DNA from: Pseudomonadota bacterium
GTDB lineage: Bacteria > Pseudomonadota > Alphaproteobacteria > GCA-2731375
Assembly (NCBI GenBank): GCA_027623205.1
Contig: JAQBYC010000005.1
Span: 310 to 64,309, forward strand
DNA length: 64,000 nucleotides
Reading direction: 5' to 3'
The notes beneath the pieces are model-generated. The model did not search any database, was not told where the DNA came from, and saw only the letters and a program-made list of their open reading frames with translations. Within the stretch, counting starts at the first letter, position 1. Each line of letters begins with the position of its first letter. Below, one piece after another: positions 38,684 through 46,969 of this stretch. A program made the translations under genes and the position numbers.

Positions 38684-39319
38684 TTATTTGGTGCCGTACA
38701 GGCGGTCACCGGCGTCACCCAGGCCGGGCAGTATGTAGCCGATGTCGCTCAATTGCCGGTCGATGGCGGCGGTCAAAATGGGTACATCCGGATGAGCAGT
38801 GGCAAAGGCCTCGATCCCTTCCGGCGCCGCCACCAGGGCGACGAATTTGATCCGCCTGGCACCGGCCTCCTTCAGGCGGCTGACGGCGGCGGCCGCGGAA
38901 TTGCCCGTCGCCAGCATGGGATCCACCACGATCACCTGCCGCTCGCCGATGGAATGGGGCAGCTTCAGGTAATATTCCACCGCTTCCAGGGTATCGTGAT
39001 CCCGGTACATGCCGATATGGCCGACCCGGGCGGCGGGAATCAGATCAAGCATGCCCTCCAGCAAACCGTTGCCAGCGCGCAGGATCGACACCAGGCACAG
39101 TTTCTTGCCATCCAGAACCGGGGCCTCCATCGCCTCCAACGGCGTCTCGATCCGAACCTGTTTCAGGGCCAGATCGCGGGTCGCCTCGAATGCCAGCAGC
39201 AAGGCGATCTCGCGCAACAATTGCCGGAACGCCGCCGTTGATGTTTCGACCCGCCGCAGCAAGGTGAGTTTGTGCTGGATCAGCGGATGATCCGCAACCG
39301 TCACATTCGGTGCCGCCAT
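38684..39319 (-). CDS. upp: Uracil phosphoribosyltransferase
   Basis: [46 protein letters not shown]. Confidence 0.97.
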   Translation of the reverse strand: MAAPNVTVADHPLIQHKLTLLRRVETSTAAFRQLLREIALLLAFEATRDLALKQVRIETPLEAMEAPVLDGKKLCLVSILRAGNGLLEGMLDLIPAARVGHIGMYRDHDTLEAVEYYLKLPHSIGERQVIVVDPMLATGNSAAAAVSRLKEAGARRIKFVALVAAPEGIEAFATAHPDVPILTAAIDRQLSDIGYILPGLGDAGDRLYGTK

Positions 39320-39464
39320 GCTGTGTCGCCCCTCTGTATAATTTGCGCCCCAGTGTAACCACAGGCCCGGGCGGGACATAGCCCCTTCACCGCATTTCGG
39401 CCCGAAATCAATAAAAATCGAAGGTGAACCTGGCACGTCCTGCGATCCATGGCGCCGTTACATT

Positions 39465-39480
39465 GTTAACCGCTCCTTAA
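39465..39480. promoter_or_regulatory. CtrA-like binding site TTAA-N7-TTAA(C)
   Basis: gTTAAccgctccTTAA; reverse strand reads TTAA-GGAGCGG-TTAAC, the full CtrA consensus, upstream of the flagellin. Confidence 0.6.
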
Positions 39481-39528
39481 GGTTTAGCCGCCAGGGTAAC
39501 AATGCCCTGCCCTATGCGGGGAGCGAAC

Positions 39529-39617
39529 CACGAAAAGGCAAACCGTCGGCAACGGCGGGACGCAAAGCCACCGGTCCAACCAGCCCACCCGGGGTTGCGG
39601 ATAGCGGAGCCATCGAA
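39529..39617 (+). ncRNA. c-di-GMP-I (GEMM-I)-like riboswitch
   Basis: CGAAAA-GGCAAA-CCGUCG[GCAA]CGGCGG-GACGCAAAGCCACCGGUCCAA-hairpin(CAGCCC/GGGUUG)-GGAUAGCGGAGCCAUCG, colinear with the Vc2 aptamer (GGCAAACC..GNRA..GGGACGCAAAGCC.CCGG..UAGCGG); abuts the flagellin RBS AAGGAAG. Confidence 0.88.
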
Positions 39618-39633
39618 AAGGAAGACGCAGACA

Positions 39634-40452
39634 ATGGTAAGCTCCATCAACACCAACACTGGCGCCGCGATCGGTTTGCGGCAGTTGTCGGCGGCCCGCG
39701 ACAACCTGGACAAGACCCAAAGCCACATTTCCACCGGTAGGAAGATCAACGCGCCCAAGGATGATGCCGCCACCCTGGCCATCGCCCAGCAGTTGTTGGC
39801 GACTTTTTCCGGCACGGTAGCAGTGCGCGATGGCCTGAGCCGGGCCAGCGCCACCCTTGATGTCGCCGTGGCCGCGGGCCAGTCGACCGCCGGCATGCTG
39901 GTCGAGATGAAGGGCCTGGCGGTACAGGCCAATCAAGAAGTGCTGGATCAATCATCGCGTAATGCCTTGAATTCCGCCTTCAGCGCGCTGCGTGATCAGA
40001 TCGCCACCATCAATGACAGTGCCAGCTTCGCCGGCAGCAACCTGATCGCCGCGGGCGCGGTCGATCAGAATGTCCTGAGTGACGAAAACGGCGGACGCAT
40101 CAGCGTCCGCGCCCAGGATCTATCCACCGGCGGCCTCGGTGTCACCGGTCTTTCGCTGGATACCTTTGGTAACGCCACCGGCGCATTGAGCGCCCTGGAT
40201 ACAGCGATCACCGATGCCATGGCGAAACTGGCCGACCTTGGCAGTTCCGCCAAGCGCATTGAAACCCACGACGACCTGCTCGGTATCCAAAACGACACCT
40301 TGCGCGCCGGCATCGGCAATCTGGTCGATGCGGACTTGGCGGCGGAAAGTGCGGCACTGCAATCCAATCAGATCAAGGAATCTCTCGGCGTGATCAGCCT
40401 CAGTATCGCCAATGCCGCCCCCTCGCGGATGCTCGCGCTGTTTGGCGGTTAG
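39634..40452 (+). CDS. Flagellin, short (272 aa) alphaproteobacterial type
   Basis: SINTNTGA..L, ISTGRKINAPKDDAA, GIGNLVDADLAAESA.LQ..Q, LSIANAAP..LALF. Confidence 0.9.
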   Translation: MVSSINTNTGAAIGLRQLSAARDNLDKTQSHISTGRKINAPKDDAATLAIAQQLLATFSGTVAVRDGLSRASATLDVAVAAGQSTAGMLVEMKGLAVQANQEVLDQSSRNALNSAFSALRDQIATINDSASFAGSNLIAAGAVDQNVLSDENGGRISVRAQDLSTGGLGVTGLSLDTFGNATGALSALDTAITDAMAKLADLGSSAKRIETHDDLLGIQNDTLRAGIGNLVDADLAAESAALQSNQIKESLGVISLSIANAAPSRMLALFGG

Positions 40453-40689
40453 ACCATCTTCTGGACTGACTCTCCCGCCCGCTCCTCCTTCCAGCCACGC
40501 CCCAGTAGCTCCTGGGATCATAGTCCCCTGTGTGGCCGGGGAGCGGGTGGCCTGGTCACCCGATGAAAATCGAAAACTTTTGGCGCACACTCTGACAATT
40601 TTGGTTCGTCTTCCCATGGCCCTCAAATAGAGCATGGCCCCCTCGCGGTATTTCCGCCTAGTATCAACGAGGAATATTGGGAGCGGACC

Positions 40690-41361
40690 ATGGCAGAGAT
40701 TAGTTATCCGGCGGACTGGCGCGACATTCCGCCCGCGCAATTCGAAAGCATGCTGCTGACGCCGGCGCAATATACCGCCATGCGGGCGGAACGCCTGGCG
40801 CGGGAGGAGGCCGCACCCGAGGTAGGCCAATTGGCGCCGGACTTCGCCCTGGAGCGGCTCTCGGCGGAAGGCAAGCGGACCGGCGAGTTGGTTGGCCTGT
40901 CGGACAGTTTTTCAGGGGCCCGGGGCCGCCCGGTCGGCCTGGTCTTCGGCTCCTACACCTGACCGCCCTTTCGCATTCAGGCCGTGCGCCTGAACGAGAT
41001 CGCGGGACAGTTCAAGGACCGGGTGGATTTTTATTGCATCTATATCCAGGAAGCCCACCCCAATGACGGTTGGCAGGTGCAGCAAAATCTGGAACAGAAC
41101 ATCATCCTGAATGCGCCCGACACGATCGACGAGCGCGCCGCCATCGCCGAGGTCTGCATCCTGCGCCTGAACATGGCCATGCCCATGTTACTGGACGATA
41201 TGACCGATCAGGCGGACAGGCTGTATAACGCCCTGCCGGAGCGTTTGTACCTGATCGATGACGCCGGCGTCGTGCGTTTCAAGACCGTGGCGGGTTCCAG
41301 GGGCTTCAAGCCCGAGGACTGGGCCGCGGCCATTGCCGATCTGGTGGGGCCGCCAGGTTAG
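40690..41361 (+). CDS. Iodothyronine deiodinase-like selenoprotein (Sec at codon 91, UGA 40960-40962), 223 aa
   Basis: ORFs 40690..40962 and 40984..41361 share one frame and join as APDF...RPVGLVFGSYT-UGA-PPFR...YIQEAHPNDGW...YNALPERLYLI, the deiodinase motif set (FGSxTUPPF, YIxEAHxxDGW, ERLY). Confidence 0.9.
40971..40997 (+). promoter_or_regulatory. Bacterial SECIS-like hairpin
   Basis: UUCAGGC-CGUGC-GCCUGAA perfect 7-bp stem (40976-40994), extendable by UCG/CGA; loop begins 20 nt after the UGA and has GU at loop positions 2-3. Confidence 0.7.
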
Positions 41362-41381
41362 ACGGCAGCCCGTCGATACTC

Positions 41382-42254
41382 ATGGAAAAACAATCGGTGC
41401 CGCGGGGCATCATCTACGTCATCCTGTCGGCCATGGTTCTGGTGCCCATGGTGTCGGCCTCGATCAAGCATCTGGGGCAAAGTTATGGCGTCGTGGAAAT
41501 TGTCTGGGTCCGGGCCCTGGGGCAGACCGTGTGGATGACGGCGTTGTTGGTGCCACGCCATGGCTGGCGGATCTTGCGGCCCCACCGCCTCGGCCCCCAG
41601 TTGCTTCGCTCGGGCGTCCTTTTTTTCTCCACCATATGCTTTGTTTTCGGCATCAGGGCCGTACCGTTGGTGACGACCCATGTCATAGGCTTCATCGCGC
41701 CGATGATTGTCGTCGCCCTGTCCGCCGTATTCCTGGCGGAGCGGATCAACGCCGCCCGATGGATTGCCGTGTTCGGGGGTTTCCTCGGAGTCCTGATTGT
41801 CTTGCAACCGGGCCTGGATGGGGCCCTGCCCCCGGCCTCACTGTGGCTGCTGGCGGGCGCCGTGGGCTGGGCGGTGGTGCAAATACTCAGCCGCCGGATC
41901 GCCAGCCACGACCGTTCGGAAACCACGGCGATTTACACCTATGTGGTTGCCCTGGCTGTCATGACGCCCCTGGTCCCCGGCAGTCTGGATTTTTCTTTCT
42001 CGCCCAGGGCGGGCGACTGGCTGGCATTCATTCTGATCGGCCTGGTGGGCGGCATGCGCCATTATTGCAGTATCAAGGCCTATGCCCTGGCGCCGGCCTC
42101 GATCATCGCGCCTTTCAACTATACCGAACTATTGGGCGCGACCCTGGTCGGGGCGATCGTGTTTGGCAGCACCCCGGACGCCGCGACCTGGTTGGGCGCG
42201 CTGGTGATCATCGCCGCCGGGCTCTACCTGGTCTATTGCGAACGCCGTGGCTAG
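41382..42254 (+). CDS. DMT/EamA family transporter
   Basis: 10 TM; LAERI..RWIAV..GFLGVLIVLQPG, APASIIAPFNY. Confidence 0.9.
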   Translation: MEKQSVPRGIIYVILSAMVLVPMVSASIKHLGQSYGVVEIVWVRALGQTVWMTALLVPRHGWRILRPHRLGPQLLRSGVLFFSTICFVFGIRAVPLVTTHVIGFIAPMIVVALSAVFLAERINAARWIAVFGGFLGVLIVLQPGLDGALPPASLWLLAGAVGWAVVQILSRRIASHDRSETTAIYTYVVALAVMTPLVPGSLDFSFSPRAGDWLAFILIGLVGGMRHYCSIKAYALAPASIIAPFNYTELLGATLVGAIVFGSTPDAATWLGALVIIAAGLYLVYCERRG

Positions 42255-42368
42255 AACGACTTTAATTTAGCTAAATTCACCCATCCCCCGCTGACATGGA
42301 TCAATTCGCCAGGCGCGGCGGCCCTGTATACTGCCCTCTTTTCATCCGAAGATAGGGAGTAGGCTGCG

Positions 42369-43331
42369 GTGACGGCACACAAGCACCTGACGGAGCCCAC
42401 GGACTTCGGCGATGGGCAATATCCCCACGCCCTGGTCAACGTCACCAATGTCTGCAACCTGGATTGCCGCCATTGTTTCGTCTTTCGCGCCGACAATCCG
42501 AACGCGCCCCGGGACAAGATGAGCGACGCCACCATGCTGCACCAGTTGGCGGTGCTGCGGGACAAGCATGGTATCCGGTCCATGCTGTTCATGGGGGGCG
42601 AGCCGATGATCCGCAAGGATCTGGTCATGCGGGCAACAGAGCTGTTTCCTGAAAGCGCCATTGTCACCAATGGCACCTATGGCATTCCATCGGTCCCCGG
42701 TCATCTGGTTACGGTTTCCCTGGACGGGCCGGCGCATTTGAACGATCCAATCAGGGGCGAGGGCGTCTTTGCCAAGGTGCGCGATGCAGTATTTGCCCGC
42801 GATCCGGCTGATGGCACCACGGTCATGCTGCAAATGGCGGTAACCCGCGAGAATGCCCCCGGCCTGGAGGAATTCATGGCCGAGGTCTGCGATTGGCCCA
42901 TCTCCGGCGTTGCGTTCAGTTTTTACGTGCCCGTGAAAAATGATACCACGGGCCTGGATTGGCCGGATCTGAGGGAACGGGACAAGGTTCTGGACAGGGT
43001 CATCGCCCTGAAGCGGCAATACCCCCAGGTCATAAAATCAAACATCCCCACGCTGGAAATGATGAAATCGGACGTCGCCCTGCAGTCAACCGGTGAAAAC
43101 GGCGAACATTGCATCCTGCGCCGCGACACCCTGCCCCTGTATATGGGCGAGGGCGGTCAGTTCGAGAAACCATTCTGCTGCTATGGCAACGATGTCGATT
43201 GCACCGGCTGCGGCGCCTATGCGGTGTTCAACCGGGCCTATTTGGACGCCCAGGGCCGGGGCAAAGCCGCACGCTATGGCCACGATGGAGCCGCCAAACT
43301 GGCGGCCTTGGAAGGAAGTGCGGCGGACTGA
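42369..43331 (+). CDS. Radical SAM protein with Cys-rich C-terminus
   Basis: CNLDCRHC, GGEP, TNGT, VSLDG; C-terminal HCIL..FCCYGNDVDCTGCG. Confidence 0.9.
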   Translation: MTAHKHLTEPTDFGDGQYPHALVNVTNVCNLDCRHCFVFRADNPNAPRDKMSDATMLHQLAVLRDKHGIRSMLFMGGEPMIRKDLVMRATELFPESAIVTNGTYGIPSVPGHLVTVSLDGPAHLNDPIRGEGVFAKVRDAVFARDPADGTTVMLQMAVTRENAPGLEEFMAEVCDWPISGVAFSFYVPVKNDTTGLDWPDLRERDKVLDRVIALKRQYPQVIKSNIPTLEMMKSDVALQSTGENGEHCILRRDTLPLYMGEGGQFEKPFCCYGNDVDCTGCGAYAVFNRAYLDAQGRGKAARYGHDGAAKLAALEGSAAD

Positions 43332-43334
43332 GGA

Positions 43335-44093
43335 TCAACCGCGCCCGACAAAGGGCATTTTGGTGGCCATCACCGTCAGGAACTGCACGTTGGCGTCAGG
43401 CGGCAGGCTGGCCATGTAGACCACCGCGCGGGAGACATTGTCCACGTCCATCAATGGTTCCGGCCTGGTCGAGCCATCGGCCTGGGGTACGCCGTCCTTC
43501 ATGCGCGCCGCCATGGGCGTAAAGGCATTGCCAATATCAAGCTGGCCGCAGGCGATATCGTATTTGCGGCCATCCAGCGAGGTGGATTTTGTCAGGCCGG
43601 TCACGGCGTGTTTGGTTGCGGTGTAGGGCGCCGAATTAGGCCGGGGCGCGTGCGCCGAGATGGAGCCGTTGTTGATAATGCGCCCGCCCATGGGGTTTTG
43701 GGCCTTCATAACCTTGAAAGCCTCCTGAGTGCAGAGGAAAACACCGGTCAAATTGACATTGACCACCGTGGACCATTGCTCGAACGACAGGTCTTCAAGA
43801 TTGATCGGCGGCGCGCCGGCGCCGGCGTTGTTGAACAGCAAATCGAGACGGCCGAAAGCCTTGACCGCGGCCGCGAACAAAGCCGCGACGGAGGCCGGGT
43901 CGGAGACATCCGTGGGCACGGCCAGGGCGCGGGCGCCGTCGGCGCCAGCCTCGGCAATACTTTCCCGCAAGGCGTCTTCGCGCCGCCCCGCCAGGGCCAC
44001 CGAGTAGCCTTCACCCAACAGAGCCACGGCGGCGCCACGGCCAATGCCCGAACCCGCCCCCGTCACAATGGCAACCTTGCCTTCCCCACTCAT
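43335..44093 (-). CDS. SDR family oxidoreductase
   Basis: [25 protein letters not shown]. Confidence 0.92.
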   Translation of the reverse strand: MSGEGKVAIVTGAGSGIGRGAAVALLGEGYSVALAGRREDALRESIAEAGADGARALAVPTDVSDPASVAALFAAAVKAFGRLDLLFNNAGAGAPPINLEDLSFEQWSTVVNVNLTGVFLCTQEAFKVMKAQNPMGGRIINNGSISAHAPRPNSAPYTATKHAVTGLTKSTSLDGRKYDIACGQLDIGNAFTPMAARMKDGVPQADGSTRPEPLMDVDNVSRAVVYMASLPPDANVQFLTVMATKMPFVGRG

Positions 44094-44149
44094 ATCACTG
44101 GCCCTTCCATCCTCTGGCATCCCGGTCGCAAAGGTAGTCCGCGGAGCCC

Positions 44150-45016
44150 CTAATAATCAACGCTGAAATACCCCGGCCGGCCCAGGGGCCAATATTCCCC
44201 CCAAACGTCCGCGCCGCCGTCGACGGTCAGGACCGTACCGTTGACGAATTGCCCCGACGGCCCCGCCAGATAGACCGCCGCCTGGGCGATATCCTGCACG
44301 GTGCCCATGCGGCGCATGGGATTGTGATCGAAACTGGGCTTGGCGCTGTCCGGATAATGCACCAGGCCCGGCGAGGCCACCACCCCGATGGCAATGGAAT
44401 TGAGCCGGATATCATAGGGCGCCCATTCCACGCACAGGCTGCGGGTAAGATGAATTTCCCCCGCCCGCGCCGCCTGCGTATGGGCGATGCCGGAGGTGCA
44501 GGTGGCCAGAACCGTCACCATGTTGATGACGCAGCCCGGTTGTTCGTGGTCCCGCCAATGACGCGCCGCCGCCTGCATCATGAACCACGACCCGTTCAGG
44601 TTGGTATCGACCACGGCGCGCCAGCCATTGGGGCTGATGTCCAAGGCGGGGGCGGCGAACTGTCCACCGGCATTGTTGATCAGAATATCCAGGCGGCCAT
44701 AACGCGCCCAGACCGCCGCCATCAGTTTGGCGACCTGATCCGCATCGCGGATCGTCATGGCCTGGGTAAAACAGGGGATTTTCAGGCTTGCCATGGCCGC
44801 TTCAAAGGCCGCCATTTTCTCCCCATCCCGGCCACAGGAGACGATGGTGGCGCCCAGGCGGCCAAACAATACCGCCGTGGCCAGACCGATCCCCCCGGCC
44901 CCGCCGGAAACCAGCACGACCTGATCCTTGAACAGATCATCACGATAGACCGTGGGCAAAGCAGCCAGTTCCTGGGCCGTGGGCGCTGCGTATATCCGGT
45001 CGTCGGCATCCGTCAT
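44150..45016 (-). CDS. SDR family oxidoreductase (trans-2-enoyl-/2,4-dienoyl-CoA reductase-like)
   Basis: [21 protein letters not shown] in place of YxxxK. Confidence 0.82.
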   Translation of the reverse strand: MTDADDRIYAAPTAQELAALPTVYRDDLFKDQVVLVSGGAGGIGLATAVLFGRLGATIVSCGRDGEKMAAFEAAMASLKIPCFTQAMTIRDADQVAKLMAAVWARYGRLDILINNAGGQFAAPALDISPNGWRAVVDTNLNGSWFMMQAAARHWRDHEQPGCVINMVTVLATCTSGIAHTQAARAGEIHLTRSLCVEWAPYDIRLNSIAIGVVASPGLVHYPDSAKPSFDHNPMRRMGTVQDIAQAAVYLAGPSGQFVNGTVLTVDGGADVWGEYWPLGRPGYFSVDY

Positions 45017-45022
45017 GGCGGT

Positions 45023-45598
45023 CTACTCCGCCGTCTGGTAGTCATCGGGGAAGTATTCCCGGACGAATTTGCTGTCGCTGTTGTAGGTGTAGCAGGTGTT
45101 CAACATGCCCGCCGGCAACCGCCGGGACGGGGCCTGCCGGTCTTCACCGTTTTCCTTGGTTTCGCCCATTGGTGTCTTCTCGGTCCAGATGGCCTGCATG
45201 GCCGTGGTCGCCATTTGCGCCAGCATTTCCACCAGATGGGTGCAGCCACGGCCATGGCCGACCCGTTCGCGCACCATGCGGTTCCAGCCCGGCCCGATCC
45301 GCAGGCCCGCCAGCGCCTCGAAATTCGGCGCCACCAGATGGCAAATACCATGGGCGCCCACGTCCAGCTTCGCCTCAGCCGACTGCACCTCCATTTTCCG
45401 ATCGATGGTCAGGCGCAGCCAAAGGTCATGCACGGGCTCGCCCGCGGCACGGTGGGAATCAAGCAGGTGATGGGAGAACGGTTTGATGTCGAGAATATGA
45501 CCTTCCACATCGACCAGGCCGTCGTGGCGCTGATAGGCGGTGATGGAAATGGTGCGATTGTGAATTTGCTCCCGTTCGGTGGCTTGGGAAAGCGGCAT
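45023..45598 (-). CDS. DUF2889 domain protein
   Basis: RE.IH.R.I...Y.R.DGL.DVEG...D.K, PVHDLWLRLTID, GCTHLVEML, C-terminal C. Confidence 0.8.
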   Translation of the reverse strand: MPLSQATEREQIHNRTISITAYQRHDGLVDVEGHILDIKPFSHHLLDSHRAAGEPVHDLWLRLTIDRKMEVQSAEAKLDVGAHGICHLVAPNFEALAGLRIGPGWNRMVRERVGHGRGCTHLVEMLAQMATTAMQAIWTEKTPMGETKENGEDRQAPSRRLPAGMLNTCYTYNSDSKFVREYFPDDYQTAE

Positions 45599-45724
45599 TG
45601 GACTACCTCGAAATTACCATGACATCGTTACCCTGCGATAGCGCGCCGGGACAGAGAAGGCAAGCGGGCAACGGCTGTACGCGGGGCAAAATGCCATGTA
45701 GACAGTAGTTCTGGATATCGGGGC

Positions 45725-46966
45725 ATGGGTTCTATGCAAATAACAGCGCGCGGCGACAAGGACGACCCTTACGGCTGGGTCATGGTGTTCGTCGGGTTTT
45801 CCCTGATGTCCATGAGTTTCGGCGGCCTTGGCGCGGTCGGGGTATTCCTGAAACCGATTGCCATGGAATTCGGCTGGTCGCGCGGCAGTATCGCGCTGGG
45901 CTATACCACGGCGGCGTTTTCGGCGGCGCTGTTCGGTATTCTTTGGGGTTTTCTCGCCGACCGTCATCCAACCCGTTACTTCACGGTGATGGGCGCGATC
46001 GCCATCGCCGTCGCGATGCTGCTGTTAAGCCAGACCACGGCGCAATGGCAGTACTATCTTGCCTATTTTGTCTTCGGCGCCTTCGGCCATGGCGCCCTGG
46101 CGAGCACGATGTGGGCCAACATCGGTCAATGGTTCACCCGCAACATGGGCCTGGCGTTGGGCATCGGCCTGGCCGGCGGCGCGTTCGGCCAGGCCGTGGT
46201 CCCCCTGTCGGCCCGGTTGCTGATTTCCGCCTACGACTGGCGGACCGCATTCCTGATCCTGGGTGTGGTTTATTTGCTGCTTGGCCTGATGATCGCGGCC
46301 TTGACCCGCGATCCGCCAGCCAAGCGCGCCCGTCTGGCGGCGATGGACAAGGCGGAGATGAAAAGCAGTTCCTGGCACCTGGGCGAGGCCCGCCATGCCG
46401 TCACCTGGTTCAGCATGGCCGTTATATTTTGCTGTACCTGCATGTCGCTGGCGGTGGTCCACGTCGTCCCCATGCTATCGGACCGGGGTTTCAGCCCGGA
46501 AATCGCCGCCGGCGCCCTGGCCACGCTGATGCTGGTCGGGGTGCTGGGACGCATGGGCGCCGGACTGATCTGCGACCTGATCGGCCCCATCCGCACCTAC
46601 GCGCTGATGTCGCTGGGACAGACGTTGCTGGTCATCTGGTTTCCTCACATCGAAACCCTGTCCGGCGTTTACCTGTTGGCCGGGCTGTTCGGCTTCAGCT
46701 TCTCGGGCGTCATGGCCTCGATGGTGGTCTGCGTCAACGTCGCGGTGCCGGCCGGGGTCGCGGCGCGGGCCTGGGCTATCGTATCGTTCTTTGCCTGGAT
46801 TGGCATGGGCACGGGCAGCTACATGGGCGGTCTGCTGTTCGACCTGACGGGCGGTTATACCTGGGCCTACGCCTTCGCCGCCGCCATGGGCGCCGTCAAC
46901 CTGGTGATCCTTGCGCTGTTCTATATCAGCCGCGGCAAACGCCAACCGGTCCTGGCCGTCGGCTAG
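45725..46966 (+). CDS. MFS transporter
   Basis: 12 TM; YGWV.V, EFGWSRG, GFLADR, WFTRNMGLALG. Confidence 0.9.
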   Translation: MGSMQITARGDKDDPYGWVMVFVGFSLMSMSFGGLGAVGVFLKPIAMEFGWSRGSIALGYTTAAFSAALFGILWGFLADRHPTRYFTVMGAIAIAVAMLLLSQTTAQWQYYLAYFVFGAFGHGALASTMWANIGQWFTRNMGLALGIGLAGGAFGQAVVPLSARLLISAYDWRTAFLILGVVYLLLGLMIAALTRDPPAKRARLAAMDKAEMKSSSWHLGEARHAVTWFSMAVIFCCTCMSLAVVHVVPMLSDRGFSPEIAAGALATLMLVGVLGRMGAGLICDLIGPIRTYALMSLGQTLLVIWFPHIETLSGVYLLAGLFGFSFSGVMASMVVCVNVAVPAGVAARAWAIVSFFAWIGMGTGSYMGGLLFDLTGGYTWAYAFAAAMGAVNLVILALFYISRGKRQPVLAVG

Positions 46967-46969
46967 TGT

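Noticed and set aside
39431-39446. TGGCAC upstream of the flagellin as a sigma-54 promoter
   Set aside because: GG-to-GC spacing is 8 nt instead of the required 10.
39502-39633. 44-aa N-terminal extension of the flagellin in the ORF track
   Set aside because: This stretch is the riboswitch leader; the RBS and flagellin homology start at ATG 39634.
40690-41361. Two separate small genes or a nonsense pseudogene (40690..40962 and 40984..41361)
   Set aside because: Same frame, the TGA sits at the conserved Sec column of deiodinases and a SECIS-like hairpin follows; best read as one selenoprotein gene.
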